Origin: Chiloscyllium plagiosum
Taxonomy: Eukaryota
Length of the DNA stretch: 64,000 nucleotides
NCBI RefSeq assembly: GCF_004010195.1
Contig: NC_057755.1
Location: 9,527,306 to 9,591,305 of the forward strand
Reading direction: 5' to 3'
A program made the position numbers and the translations under genes. The number at the start of each line of letters is the position of its first letter. The first letter of the stretch is position 1. Shown in pieces: positions 1 to 13,663 of this stretch. A model generated the notes under the pieces. It saw nothing but the letters and a program-made list of their open reading frames with translations. It was not told the DNA's origin and did not search any database.

Positions 1-2454
1 GAAAGTAAACTCGGAGGCGGAGGCAGCGGAAGAAGTATTCGACGACTAGCGCTCATTCATGGGAAGATTGAATTGCGTGCACATGGGTCTATATAGTTTC
101 TATCACAATTACTATTTACCCTTCTTGAATTCCCTTCTTACACCTTTTGCGGAAATAGCGTCAGCAACATGCAATGTAGAGTCAAAGGTTGTTGCACTCT
201 ATCACCACCTCACACCCAATTAATAATGGTCGCCAACAGCAGCCCTAAGCGAGGACAATGGCATTCTGTGAAAAAAAGGAGGTGGTACTGGAATGCAGAA
301 GCCAGTTTAATGGCACTATTTAAAACAAACAAAAAATGACACCGTCGTTATCCACATCAATTTGCCTGAGGTAAATTTCTGTCCCTCACTTGCTTTTGAA
401 AGACAAGAAAGCCACATCCCACAAGCCATGCATTAGCTATTTCATTGTATCCTCTTTCTCATTATTTCGAATGGAACCCCGACCTCTGTTATCTGAATTC
501 TCTTCTTTTGGAATGTGCCTAATCTCCAAGCTACAGAACTCTTTTTTTATGCATCATATGTTTCTCCCTGCAGTTTATCTTTTCAATTATAGTTTTTATT
601 TCATCTTGGGTTTGCCTGTGTCAATCTATTGATCATAATCATTTTGAACGTTGAATTTCCTTCTTCAGTTTATTTCCTACCCTGATCGTTGTTCAAGTGA
701 AATCTGTTCCTGTGATGACTATTTCACTCAACAGTTCTCTCATTTCTTACTACTGAATCATGCAAAAAAGGCATTCTGGACAATATGCTTGTCTGCGAAG
801 TTTAGAAAATTCAGAAAATTCTCCATCCTTTCATTTGAATCTGTACGTAGGCTGTATGGATTGAATAGCTACGACCCGAAGTGAAACACTTGATCATACT
901 TGTACGCCTTCATTATGTACAAAATGTACTCTATCTGTGTGTACACTACCCTGATGTGAAAGAAATTCCAGACATTGAGCAATTTGAGTTTTGTTTCCCG
1001 AAACTAACTTCATCAAAACGCAGGTATGTTTCTCTCCACTGATCCTGAACAAGTCATCGAGAATTTCTAGGATATTCTGCTTCCATTACAGTTATCTCTA
1101 TATGCAGAATAACATTTTTGAGCATGACTAGCTTATCGCCTTACCGTCTCAAATGGCTTCTGCAGTTTACAACAGCACAATACCTTCCAGAATGACTAAT
1201 GACACCTTATATGTCATTGCGTTTCCCCATCTGTTCCACAGTTTTAATTATGTTTTAGTTTTGTTAGTAACTATAAATCACTCATTGCATCTTCCTTTGA
1301 AACAATTTATTCGTGACTTTGAAAAAACATAATCACTTTTTATTTCAGCTTGCATTTCACCAGACAGATCAAGTTTCATGAACTTTCATCGTGACAGTAT
1401 GTTATCACTTCGGAGATTCAGCTGCTCGTCTATGTTTGACTCTGAGTGAGCGGTCACCTGGTTTGAGAAGCTTCCCCATCATGATGCATAGGTCCCTGTG
1501 ACATTTGTTGCAGATAAACAGACATCAGCAGAAATGGGAGAGGGTTTCCTAACCCTTTTTTTGCCCTTGGTAAGCTACTCTATCTTCTTGGCTTACCATC
1601 TATCTTTTCCTGGGCTCTTCCATCAATTGAGGTAATTGGCAACAGGCTGCAACAAGGTTGCCTCAAACTCCACAATGTATCTAAGTTGCAATTTTCTGGT
1701 AACCCATAACTCGCCATGCATCAAGTTAAAATGAATCATTAACTTTAGAAGAGTAGGGTGGCAACAAACACGTTCCAAACGTCTATTCCTTAATCCTCAT
1801 TCTTCTCTACTATCGCCGCTGCTATGCACTGAACGCCCATTGTCTGAAGGTTACGTGACTTCCCAATTTTTATTTAAAAGTCCATTTAAACTTGAAATTT
1901 ACTCACCCAAACACTTCTGAACATTCAAACGTCAAATTCTGCTTTTGTCACCGATCACTATTTAAATCTAATTTCATGTAATTGTAATGTAATAAACTGA
2001 AGAGTTCGGTGAGTCATATGTGAGGAAAATATTGTCTTGGGTTGATTGATATTTCTTTTTCCATTCAAATTAAATAGTTCATTAGTTCACGTATAATATA
2101 CGTTCAATTATCAACTTTTCAGACTGATGTGTCACTGCTGCTCCTGCAGGGGAGCCGATAGCTTGGTGGTTTTAGTCCTTACTGTTAATCCAGAGACTTG
2201 GGTAATAGTCTTGCAACCTAGATTCAAATTCGGCCATGGCAGAAACTAAAACCAAACTGTGTACAGGGAATATTGATATGATGGAAGGATGTTCTCTGAT
2301 ATGATTTTCATGCCATTAAAAATAACTTGCGATTTAAATGGATGAACCATCTTTGGAATCTTTGTATTGTGAACAGTTCTAGAATCTCCATTATTGGGAT
2401 GGAGGACGTGCGTTGGATATAATTTCATTGGTACAGTACTGAACAGATTTGCCT

Positions 2455-2800
2455 GAATGTTTCCCTGACTCCAGAGCTTCTGTTACGAATAGAGATTGCA
2501 TAGACTGGGGTTTTAGTGTCAAAGCAAAGGAGATTGAGAACGAAATGATTAAGATCGATGAAATTATTTATGGTATAGTCAGATGAAAAGGGAATTTTTT
2601 TCCTCTTGTTGGAGGGATTAGAGACCAGGTCGCAGAGATTTCAAGTAAAGGGGGAGGAGATGAGAGTTAAATTGTGGAAAAAGTAAGTTTTCGCCCAGAA
2701 TGTGCTGGAAATCTGAAACTCACTATTTGCACGATATTTAGAGTCAGAAATCCTCACAATGACTCAGAAGTATTAAAATGTTTTTCCATACCAAGTGCTA
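2455..2800 (+). mobile_element. CR1 LINE 3' fragment, old
   Basis: Decayed RT C-terminus (gagattgcatagactgggg...cccagaatgtgctggaaatctgaaact) resembling the other CR1 3' ends in the window. Confidence 0.55.
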
Positions 2801-3118
2801 GAAAACGAATAGAACAGTTTGATTTTAGTTTCTGACAACTCGATGCACTGAAGGACATTTCTGTCTGCTGTAGTCTCCTGTCCGTTTATGACTTTCATTT
2901 ACACTTTCAAGATCAGAACTTGAAATTAATCTGAGTAAACCATAAATCACCTGGTTTGAGGGGTCAATGCTAATTTCTAAGCCATGTGCAGGCTAGAATG
3001 CGTAGATGTTGTTGTTTATATCTGCATAGTCGCTTGGTTTATCATTAATAGCTCATTTGTGTGCTGCTTTTTTCTCAAATAATTGAGACAATATTCTTCT
3101 TCTCTATCTTTCTTATAG

Positions 3119-4035
3119 CAAACATGATGACGATTGTCATTCTTACACGAAGAAACTGTGGCCTATCTAAATGTATCTCTGTCTACATGCTTGCAATGGC
3201 AACCGCAGACCTTCTGGTCATAATCAATAACGTAATAGTTTATAGCATTTTAATTTATCACTTTCCACTGTCTTTTCTGTCACATACACATAATTGTAAG
3301 TTTGTTTTTTACTTGGGTGCTGTTTCACTCAATTCATCAGTCTGGTTCACAGTCGCCTTCACTTTGGATCGTTTTATCATCATTTGCTCTCCAAAATTTA
3401 AAACAATGTATTGCACTGTGCGAATTTCAGTCACCGTTTTAACGGTGATTTGTGTCCTCATGTGGATCAAGGATTTCCCTGTTTTCTTTGCATATGAACC
3501 TGAGCGCATCATTAACAATGTTCCATGGAACTGCCAATCAAGTGTAGCATTTTTTTCCTCAATTACAGGAGTAGTATACGTATGGTTTTTTAGCATTTGT
3601 ATAGTTTGGTTTCCATTCATTACAATTGTATTGTTGAATTCATTAACAATCAGACATATACTAGTGACCAGTAAAGGCCGCAGAGGGCTTCGGAGTCACG
3701 CAATTGACAATCACTGTGATCCAGAGATGAAGAATCGAATGAAGTCTATTGTTTTACTCTTTAGTATCTCAGGAAGTTTCATTCTTTTGTGGCTGACAAC
3801 TGTGATAAACCTTGTAATGACCAGAATTTCAAATCCTAATTATTATCAAGGAGACCTTGGAAATCCAGCATATATCGCCGTCGAAACTGGAGCCATGCTC
3901 AGGTATTTGAGTTGCTGTTCCAACACGTGTATTTACGCAGTGACTCAGAGGAAATTCAGGGAAGATCTTCTCGCTATTATCAAATCACCCTGTGTATTCA
4001 TTGCAAAATGGTTAAAAATGAAGAGGGACAATTAA
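3119..4035 (+). CDS. GPR139/GPR142-like class A GPCR, locus 1, coding exon 2 (partial CDS; exon 1 not found in window)
   Basis: Open frame with TM1(part)-TM7 motifs: ANMMTIVILTRRNCGLS, YMLAMATADLL, FTLDRF, DPEMKNRMKSIVLLF, SNTCIYAVTQRKFR. Polypyrimidine tract and AG at 3117-3118 fall at the same phase-1 position (G|CA AAC) as in the paralogues. Confidence 0.9.
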
Positions 4036-4759
4036 AGACTGCCTGTAGGCAGATTAATATTCGCAGTCACTCAGATTATTTTGAACACACGTTTCCTAGT
4101 TTGCATCATGTTTTCGAGGAATTCAAAAACATCTGTACATTTCCTATAAGCGTTGTTTTTTTTTCTGGACACACCAAAACAAATGGTACAAAGGAACAGG
4201 AATGGTCCCACACTCTGATTTAAGAGAAACGATTGTTCATGTTTAAACCTCATGGTGAATGTGCACGTTAGCTGTCACAAACCTGACAGATAAAAAGTGG
4301 ACATCTGACAGTACAACAGAGAGTAGTCATCCAAGTCGTAGTTTCTTCAGGAGAGCTGCGGGTTTTCAGAGTTTTCTTTCTGTAATATTATCATTCACAC
4401 ACGTAAAGACAATCTATTTTCTGACCTGCACAAATGCACATGCACCTTCGAACATCGAAAAAGTGAGCATGATTTGAACATTCGTTCGTCCAGCCTGCCC
4501 TACTTTTCACTAAGATCATTACTACCCTGCTTGTGTTTCAAATTTATCGTTGTCTTCCCCTCCCTTTCCACCGAATAACTATTGACTGGTATTGCTAATA
4601 ATATGCCCACCCTGATCTGAGAAATAGTGAATGACTTTGCATCCACAATCTTCAAACAGCAACATCCAAAGTCGAACAACAAACCGAGAGAAAAGAAAAC
4701 AGCCTACTCCATGTTCTACAAATGATTTGGAGGAGCTGGTGTTTGATTAGGTTGTAGAA

Positions 4760-5172
4760 AATTAAAATCACACGACACTAGATCATAATTCCAACACGTT
4801 TATTTGGAAGCACTAGCTTTCGAAGCGCTGTTTCTTCATCAGATTGTAGTGAAAAAGGACCAGAAGACACAGAATTTAAAGAAAAATGTTCCAGTCTCAT
4901 GCAGCCGAATTGCTATATTGAACAAACTTAGATTGTTGTCTTTCATCTTTGCAAATCGAAACCACCGAACACATTCTAATAGGTAAAAGACGGAACAATC
5001 TAAGTTTGTTCATTATATCATCTCAGTTCCATGACACTGTAAGCCTTTCCTCTAAATTCTGCGTTAAGACATTGCTTCATAAACATCTGTTGGAGAAGTA
5101 GCACTTCGAAAGCTAGTGCTTCCAAATAAACCTGTGGGATTATAACCTGGTGTTGGGTGATTCTTAACTGTG
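4760..5172. mobile_element. Penelope-like terminal repeats in inverted orientation (fold-back, arms about 190 bp)
   Basis: tatttggaagcactagctttcgaag (4801) versus cttcgaaagctagtgcttccaaata (5104); aacaaacttagattgtt versus aacaatctaagtttgtt. Confidence 0.7.
4811..4845 (-). ncRNA. Minimal hammerhead ribozyme-like motif in a Penelope terminal repeat
   Basis: Minus strand: CUGAUGA-a-gaa acagcgc uuc-GAAA-GC-UA with a palindromic AGCU helix III; stems partly decayed. Confidence 0.5.
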
Positions 5173-5499
5173 TTTTACAAAGGTGAACCTTAATTTGCGA
5201 GCAAAGGCGAATATTTCTGGACTGATCTACAAGAGAAATCGCACATAAAACAAAAACAAATGAACCGAATAAAGGCATTTAAATCATCGAGTCTGCTTCG
5301 TCATTCAATTAAATCATCGCTGATCTGGTAATTTTAGACTCCACCTTGCATTCAAGACTATTTATTATTTTACAGATAATAAATCTGTCGATGTCATCCT
5401 TGATTATACTTAATGAACTAGGCCCAGCAACATTCTTTGATAAAGTATTCTATGGAAACATTACCAATAAAAATGAAATTGTTGCATACCTCTGTCATA

Positions 5500-6815
5500 A
5501 TATAGAGAGACACAGCAGGGAAATATCCTTCAGTCGAACTTATCCATGCTGATCAGATATCCGAAAATAATCCAGTCAATTTTGCCATTATTTGGTCATA
5601 TCCCTCTGAACCATTCTTATCCTCGTCCCAATATCTTTTCAGTATTGTAATTGCAGCAGCCTTCACCAATCTGTCTGGCAACTCATTCGGTACAAGCACC
5701 ACTCCCTGCGTGAAAAGAAAAATCCCCCCTACTTCCTTATTATTTATTTCCCATCTAAGCTTAAACATATGTCATCCAGTCTTGGACTCGCCCACCCTGA
5801 GCAAAGATCTAGACCTTTCGCCATCTCTGTGTCACTCATGACATTACAAACCTCAAAAAATGACCCCATCACTTGCGACTCACAAGGAAAAATAGCCTCA
5901 GTCATAGAGTCATAGAGATGTACAGCATGGAAACAGACCCTTCGGTCCAACCCGTCCATGCCGACCAGATATCCTAACCCAATCTCGTAAATCAGCTTGT
6001 CCTTATAGCTCAAACCCACCAAACATAGCAACAAATTTGTAAATCATTTGGGAGTCCCTCAACATTCGTAACATCCTTCCTGCAGCAGTAATACCAATAT
6101 TGCATGAAGGATTTCAGTAGCAGCCGACCAATGCCTTGGGCAGCTGCAACATCACCTCCACAGTCCTATATTCAATGCACTGATCAATGAAGGCAAACAT
6201 AACAAATGCTTCACACTATCTTATCTACATGTGTGAGTCCATTTAAAGGATCTGCGAACTTGCACTCCAACTTCTCTTTATTCTGCAAAACGCCCCAGGT
6301 TCTGCTCTGTAATGTCTTTCAAAAATGCAGCATATTCCATTTACATCCTAAACTCTGTCTGCCACTCCTCAGCCCATCTGATGAATAGCCAGTTGTCCTC
6401 TGATGTAAACGTCTTCACGGTCCACTACAACTCCAATTTTGATGTAATCTACAAACTCGGTAACTATGCCTCTTATGTTAATCCTCTGAATCATTTACAT
6501 AAATTATTAAAAACAGTGCAGCTCCGATTCTCGAGGCACACCGTTCGTCACTGGCCTCCAATCTGAGAGGGAAACCCCAACACCACTCCCTCTCTTATAC
6601 CGTTGATTCAATTTTATATCTAAATGGCGAGCTCTCCCAATCTTGTTAACCAGACAACCATGAAGAACATTGCCGAATGTATTACGAGGTCCATATACAA
6701 CATGTTCACTGTTCTGCCATCATGAATCCTCTTTGTTACTTCCTCAATAAAACTCAATGAAGTTAGTCAGACATGCTTTCCCAAGTACAGATCCATGATG
6801 GCTATCCTCCATCAG
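5500..6815 (-). mobile_element. CR1 LINE 3' portion, degenerate, with a nested short CR1 3' end at about 5901..5985
   Basis: Minus-strand remnants FTQGVVLVPNELPDRLVKAAAITILKRYWD and upstream RT pieces; catagag tail repeats. Confidence 0.75.
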
Positions 6816-6879
6816 TCAGTGCGTCAAATTGTCGACTCATTACAGCAACATGGTGCTTTGCTGCTTACAACATTGAGTA

Positions 6880-8835
6880 ATGTCAACAGAGCACGTACAA
6901 GACATTTTTCCGATTCAGTATTTGGATGGACCTACTAAAACGGGTGCAAAACGTGACCTAACCTTGGTAAATAAGGCAGGGCAGCTGATTGAGGAGTCAA
7001 TGGTGGAGCACTTTGGGGACAGCGACCATTATTCTATTAGTTTTAACATAGTGATGGAAAAGGATGGACCAGATCTAAAAGATGAAATTCTAAATTGGAG
7101 AAAGGCCAATTTTGATGGTATTAGGCAAGAACTTTCGAAAGCTGATTGGGGGCAGATGATCGCAGGTAAAGGGATGGCTGGAAAATTAAAAGCCTACAGG
7201 AATGAGATAACGAGAATCCAAAGAACGTATATTCCTGTCAGGGTGAAAGGTATATCTGGTAGGTAGAGGGAATGATGGATGACTAAAGAAATTGAGGGTT
7301 TGGTTAAGAAATGGAAGGAAGCATATGCAAGGTAGAGACAGGATAGATCGAGTGAATTCTCAGAAGAGTATAAAGGAAGTAGGAGTATACTTAAGAGGGA
7401 AATCAGGAGGGCAAAAAGGAGACATGAGATAGCTTTGGTAAATAGGATTAAGGAGAATCCAAAGGGTTTTTACAAATATATTAAGGACAAAAGGGTGACG
7501 AGGGAGAGAATAGGGTCTCTCGAAGATCAGCAAGGCGGATTTTATGTGGAGTCGTTGAAAATGAGGGAGATACTAAATGAGTATTTTGCAACAGTATTTA
7601 CTGTGGAAAAGGATATGAAAGGTATAGACTGTAGGGAAATAGATAGTGACGACTTGCAAAATATGCAGATTACAAAGGAGGAAGTTCTGGATGTCTTGAA
7701 ATGGGTAAAGCTGGATAAATCCCCAGGACATGATCAGGTGCATCTGTGAACTCTGTTGGAATAGAGAGAAGTGATTGCTGGGCCTCTTGCTGAGATATTT
7801 GTATCATCGATAATCATAGGTAATGTGCCGGAAGACTGCAGGTTGGCAAACGTGGTGTCACTGCCTAAGAACGGCAGTAAGGTCAAGCCAGAGAACTATA
7901 AGTTGGTGAGCCTAACCTCGGTGGTGGGCAAGCTGTTGGAGGGAATACTGAGGGACAGGATGTGCATGAATTTGGAAAGGCAAGGACTGACTAGAGATAG
8001 TCAACATGGCTGTATGCGAGGGAAATCATGCCACACAAGCTTGATTGAGTTTTTTGAAGAAGTAACAAAGAGGATTGATGAGGGCGGAGCAGTAGATGTG
8101 ATCTATATGGACTTCAGTAAGTCGTTTGGCAAGGCTCCTCATGAGAGACTATTAGCAAGGTTAGTTCTCATGGAATACAAGGAGAACTAGCCATTTGGAT
8201 ACAGAACTGGCTCAAAGGGTAGAAGACAGAGGGTGGTGGTGGATGGTGTTTTAGATTAGATTACTTACAGTGTGGAAACAGGCCCTTCGGTCTAACAAGT
8301 CCACACCGACCCACTGAAGCGCAACCCACCCAGACCCATTCCCCTACATTTACCCCTTCACCTAACACGACGGGCAATTTAACCTAGCCAATTCACCTAA
8401 CCTGCACATATTTGGATTGTGGGAGGAAACCGGAGCACCTGGAGGAAACCCACGCAGACACGGGGAGAATGTGCAAACTCCACACAAGAGAGTCCCCTGA
8501 GGCGGGAATTGAACCCGGGTCTCTGGCGCAGTGAGGCAGCTGTGCTAACTGCTGTGCCACCATGCCGCCCGCTGTTTTTCAGACTGGAGGTCTGTGACCA
8601 ATGGCGTGTCACAAGGTTCGGTTCTCTACGTTTTGTCATTTACATAAATGATTTGAATGCCAGCATAAGAGGTACAGTTAGTAAGTTTGCAGATGACACC
8701 AAAATTGGAGGTGTAGTGGTAGCGAAGTGGGTTACCTCAGATTACGACAGGATCTTGATGAGATGGGCCAATGGGCTGAGAAGTGGCAGATGGAGTTTAA
8801 TTCAGATAAATGCGAGGTGCTGAATTTTGGGAGAT
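6880..8835 (+). mobile_element. CR1 LINE ORF2 fragment (endonuclease C-terminus and RT), degenerate
   Basis: EHFGDSDHYSI, NWRKANFDGIRQ, ENYKLVSLTSVVGKLLEGI, VDVIYMDFSK, SKFADDTKIGG across broken ORFs. Confidence 0.9.
8251..8570 (-). mobile_element. HE1-type tRNA-derived SINE (V-SINE) inserted in CR1
   Basis: Minus strand begins gggcggcatggtggcacagc...gggttcaattccc (A and B boxes), has the central gtgtggagtttgcacattctccccgtgtctgcgtgggtttcc domain and a (tctaa)n tail; flanks ggtgtttt/gctgtttt. Confidence 0.9.
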
Positions 8836-9150
8836 ATCGAGAGTACAAAGACAGTATATTCCTATTAGGGAGAAAGAAAAAGCTAGTAGGTACAGAGAAC
8901 CTGAATGATCAAAGAAATTGAGTGATTGGTGAAAAAAAAAAGAAGGAAGCATATGCCAGGAATAGATCAAATGAATCCTTAGAAGAGTATAAAGGCAGAA
9001 GGCGTGCAATTAAGAGCGAAATCAGGAGGGCAACACAGGAATATGAGATAGCTCTGACAAATAGAGTTAAGGAGACTCCAAAGCGTTTTTACAAATATGT
9101 GAAGGACAAAAGGGTAACAGAGAGAGAATAGGGTCCCACAAAGGTCAGGT

Positions 9151-9394
9151 CGGAGAAAGTGAGGACTGCAGATGCTGGGGATCAGAGCTTAAAAATGTGT
9201 TGCTGGAAAAGCGCAGCAGGTCCGGCAGCATCAAAGGAGAAGGAGAATCCACGTTTCGAGCATAAGCCCTTATTCAGGAATTTAGAGAAGAGGGCTGAAG
9301 ATTTGCCCTGAAGAAGGGATTATGCCCGAAACGTCGATTCTCCTCTGATGCTGCCTGACCTGCTGCACTTTTCCAGCAACACATTTTTAATCTC
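9151..9394. mobile_element. Penelope-like inverted terminal-repeat pair inserted in CR1
   Basis: Arms about 9185..9278 and 9307..9394 (ttaaaaatgtgttgctggaaaag / cttttccagcaacacatttttaa); flanking direct repeat cccacaaaggtcag / cccagaaaggtag. Confidence 0.75.
9304..9339 (+). ncRNA. Minimal hammerhead ribozyme-like motif
   Basis: CUGAAGA-a-GGG auuaug CCC-GAAA-CG-UC: core intact, palindromic ACGU helix III, helix I weak. Confidence 0.55.
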
Positions 9395-10980
9395 CCAGAA
9401 AGGTAGCACGGCGATCTTTGTGTAGAGTTATAGAAGATGGTGAAATACTAAACGAATATTTATCATCAGTATTTACTGTGGAAAAATAAGTGGGAAGATA
9501 TAGAATGTTGGGAAATAGATGGTGGCATCTTGAAAAATGTCCATAGTACAGACGAGGAAGTGATGGATATCACGAAACGCAATAGAGTGGATAAATCTTC
9601 AGGACCTGATGAGGTGTAACTGAGAACTCCAAGGGAATTTAGGGAAGAGGTTGGTGGGCCTCTTGTTGAGATATTTGCATCATCCATTATCACAGTTGAG
9701 GTGTCTGAAGACTGTAGGTTGACTAAAGTTGTGCCACTCATTAAGAAAGGTGGAAACCGTAAAGAACTAACAAAGAGGATTGATGAGGGCAGAGCGGGTG
9801 ACGTGATCAGTTTGGAATTCAGCAATATGTTTGACAATGTTCCTCATGGGAGACTGATTACCAAAGTTAGATTTCATGGAATACAGTGAGAACTAGCCAT
9901 TTGTATATAAAACTGGCTCAAAGAACAGGGGTTGTTGGTAAAGGTTGTTTTTCAGATTGGAGGCCTGTGACCAGTGGAGTGCCTTAAGGATCGGTGCTGG
10001 TATACTATTTTTCTCATTTATGTAAATGATTTGGATGTGAGCGTAAGAGGTATAGTTAGTACGTTTTGCAGATGACACCAAAATTAGAGGTATGATGGAT
10101 TTTTAGAAGGTTACCTCGGATTATAACTTGATTAGATGGACCAATGGGCTGAGAAGTGGCAGATGGAGTTTAATATAGACGAATGTGAGGTGCTGCATTT
10201 GGGGAAAACAAATCTTAGCACGACTAATACACTTAATGGGAAGGTCCAAGGCAGTGTTGCTGAACAAAGAGACCTTGGAGTGCACGTTCATAGCTCCTGG
10301 AAAGTAAACTCGGAGATAGATAGGATAGTGAAGAAGGCGTTTTGTATGCTTCCCTTTATTGGTCAGAGTATTGAGTACAGACGTTTTGAGGTTATGCTGC
10401 GACTCTGTAGCACATTTGTTCGACCACTTTTGGAATATTGCGTGCAATTCTGGTCTCCTTCAGATCGGAAGGATGCTGTGAAACTGGAAAGGGTTGGAAC
10501 AAATACAAAAGAATGTTGCCAGCGTTGGAAGATTTGAACTATAGGGAGAGGTTGAAGAGGTTAGGGCTGTTTTCCCTGAACATTCGAAGCTGAGGGGTAT
10601 CCTTATACAGATTTGTAAAATTATATGAGGCATAGATAGGGTAAACAGACAAAGTCTTTTCCCTGGTGTAAGGGAGTTCAGAAGAAAAGGGAATGGGTTT
10701 AGTTTGAGAAGAAAAAGATACAAAATACACCTGAGGGACAACATTTTCAGGCAGAGTGTGGTGCGTGTGTGGAGTGGGCTCGTGCATGGGTATATAAATA
10801 GGAAGGGTTTGGAGGAATATGGGGCGGGTGCTGGCAGGTAGGACTATCTGGTTTGGTTATCTGGTAGGCACGGACGAGTTGTACCAAAGGGTCAATTTCC
10901 GTGCTGTATATCTTTGTGACTCTATAACTCTATGTTCAGCAGATCTGAAAGGAATCCAACAAGATGACATAAAACAATGA

Positions 10981-11090
10981 CTTATTCCTGTTCCTCTGGG
11001 AGTGTACCAATCAATTTAGTTCTGTGATGTTATTCTGTTTATTCACTTTCGTGAAATCTGTATCTGTTGATCAGCTATGTCATCCCGATA
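10981..11090 (+). promoter_or_regulatory. Orphan distal promoter remnant of pseudogene locus 2
   Basis: gttctgtgatgttattc...gtgaaatctgtatctgtt...gtcatc matches the reverse complement of 24065..24170; similarity stops at about 11090. Confidence 0.55.
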
Positions 11091-12041
11091 TATCCATGTT
11101 GGTGTGAGAATGAAGGATTTAAAGGGAATAAGCTAGCAGTCACAGATAGGACACAGCTCAACCTGAAGGTTGTGGCCGAGGGTCTGAGGTCAGCTAAAGA
11201 AAATCAAGCAACAGATGCCATATTCTTAAGTTGTTGTAGTCACTGTTGAGTCCGAAACACTTGAAAATACCTTAGAAACAAATCGCATGTCTAAATAGCT
11301 AGTATAGACTTCTAAAAATGAAATGAAGTGTTGTTCTGCCAATTTGCAATGTGTTTGTATAAAGTGTCCTCCATTTAGTACGCAACTAGTGATGAGTGTC
11401 AATCGACCAGACCAGTAAGAAAATTCAGATCTTCCGATTCCTGTATACAATTCTTGAATGAAAATAGTGACCATCAGTCACCTCACCATCAATAGTATGA
11501 TCGTTTTGAAATCTTTGTTCATTCTTTTTCATCTTATTTTACTGTTATCGTTTGGTTATGATCTGTGGCTGAGAGCTGAAAGTTGGGCTGTGGAATATGA
11601 GTAGCATACTGTTTTTGAAAACTTAAAGTGAATAAACAAGGTGATGTTAGTTTTTGAGACCAGGACTGAAAGTTAATTGCACGATGTTTTTTGTTAAGAA
11701 TTGTCGAAAGACCATTCGACTCCAGATTCGCAGTCAGCATGAGCAGACTGCTGACTTTGAATGTTAACTGAGACATTGTGGTTCGGCTGTCAGTCTGACA
11801 AGGAGAGACCAGAGGTTGGAGTGTTGTTTGAACTATGTTTGTGTTAGAAAGCTTAAGAATGGGAATTTGATTGATCTCATCAATTAATTGAAAGCATGTA
11901 GAATGCAATATCAATTATAAGAATTACATGAATATTTTTCAGACCCCATGGGGAGTTATATGTTATGAAGACGTGGTTGCACTCTACTTAGAAGAGAATG
12001 GAATTGTACCCCAAAATACCCACCTCCAATTAACCCCCAAA

Positions 12042-12730
12042 CTGTAACGACACAGGGTAAACTCTCCTGCTTTATGTAAAATCAGCAACGCAGAAAAATA
12101 CATTCCGTGCAGTAATCTGTGAAAATTCGATTGACCTAGAACTAGTTAAAGTACAAATTAACAATTTTGTGTCTTAAAATATAACTTAGAATAATTAACT
12201 GACAACTATTTATAACTCCTTCCTCTAACCTGTATTTTAAGTTCCCCTTCTACAATACAAGTCCAAAAAAACCCTTGATTAAAATTTACAAAATAAAACT
12301 TGCTATCTCAAAACTAAGCTTTTTGTTGACATCACTGTATTCCTGTCTCCTTGTATTCCTTTTGTCGACTCTACTTCCAGGTTACTGATTGATCAAGGTC
12401 TCTTGAAGAGTGTTATTTTTGGTCATTCTTTTTACATGCTGCTGGTTTCGCAGTTCTCCTTTCAACTGTTAATTTTCCCAGTCTTATATCATCCCACACT
12501 CCCAAAGTATCATATTGTCAATATATTTAATTCAACCTTGATTGAAGGTGGGTATTTTGGGGCATAATTTAAACTGATCGGGGACTTCAAATTTGTTTCT
12601 GTCTCCAGGGAACCAGCTAATCGAGTTGTTCAAGCAAATATTACTTTTTTTTCGGAACACTTGGTGCTGTCACGTGGTTTTTGCAAGCTTTAACTCCCTT
12701 CAGAACTTGTAAGTGTGCATCATTGTCATA
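12042..12730 (-). mobile_element. Solo LTR-like element (same family as 29684..30368 and 35365..36097)
   Basis: tgtaacgacacagggtaaactctcctgct...gtgcagtaatctgtgaaaat aligns with tgttgcgacatggcgtgtacactcctgct...gtgcagtaatctgtaaaaat at 29684. Strand is tentative. Confidence 0.6.
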
Positions 12731-13663
12731 AGAAACCAAGCAAGAGATACTCCTTTGTGTCTGTGATGCTATTGATCATGAAAGCAGCTTAAGAAAGCTG
12801 ACCAGTTGGATCTCCTTCATATGTCTTCCTTATGATTTACCACTTAACGCTCTCTGTTGATCTGTCTATATTTGTTTGAAGGCGGAAAATAAAGAGGATT
12901 GGGTTAAATCTACGGTACCATTGAAGAGTGAGTAAAGTAGCTGCAGTTACAAAGATCACCACTGGTTTATCTGGACAGCATACCATTCTAGTGTGCAGAA
13001 CAACCAGAACAAGGAAGACTCATGTTCATTGAGGTTGTCGTGTTAACTTTACTGAATTGCAGAACACACTGGATGAGCCAAATGGCTTATTTTGTGCTGC
13101 TATCTCTTATGGTCTAACTCTGGTGTTAAAATTTGGTCTTTTAAGATTACTGACTTTTTTTTCAGAAATTGTTTAGTTTCTTGATTGGGCTCTGAAACTG
13201 AAGCCTGATGTCAGGCATTCATAAAGTCTGGAACGAGTTGCTCCAAAAAGTTCATTTGAAACTGTTGCATTTATGTGAAAGGTCTTTCATTTTTCTTTTT
13301 AAAATGTGAATGCATGGTTAACGAGCTTTAGTCAATGTGCTTGCAAGTGCCTGTGTCATAAGACATGTAACCAATGAAGATGAGTACTGCTGTATTACAC
13401 TTTGTTCTACTTAATGGTTGAAAATGGTTGAAGATGCCTGAAAACACACAAATTTTGAGTTCTTCTGTACGGATTATTCAGTGCTTTGTTTTTCCGTGAA
13501 GCAATCTCGAAAGTCTTTTTGTATACAGGTGACCTATATAGTAAATTTTAAAATGTCTCAAAAATCACGTCTAAGTGGCAATGATTTTGACGTAATTTAT
13601 GACTTTTTTTTGCAAAATAGTTTTCTGGGTGATCTCATTTTTAATATTTTTCTATTTGACTAG

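Larger units (their letters stand above)
8840..10935 (+). mobile_element. CR1 LINE ORF2 fragment running to the 3' end, with internal deletion at about 9760
   Basis: NRVKETPKRFYKYVKDK, WAEKWQMEFN, RPLLEYCVQFWSP, 3' UTR ending gactctataactctatg. Confidence 0.88.

Noticed and set aside
1534..1575. ATG...G|GTAAG as a candidate exon 1 for locus 1
   Set aside because: 36 nt, phase 0, incompatible with the phase-1 acceptor and unlike the YYxxLAAFGIP exons.
3061..3118. N-terminal 19 residues of the 324-aa ORF (MLLFSQIIETIFFFSIFLI)
   Set aside because: Starts at GTG and is the intron polypyrimidine tract; the paralogues splice at the equivalent AG.
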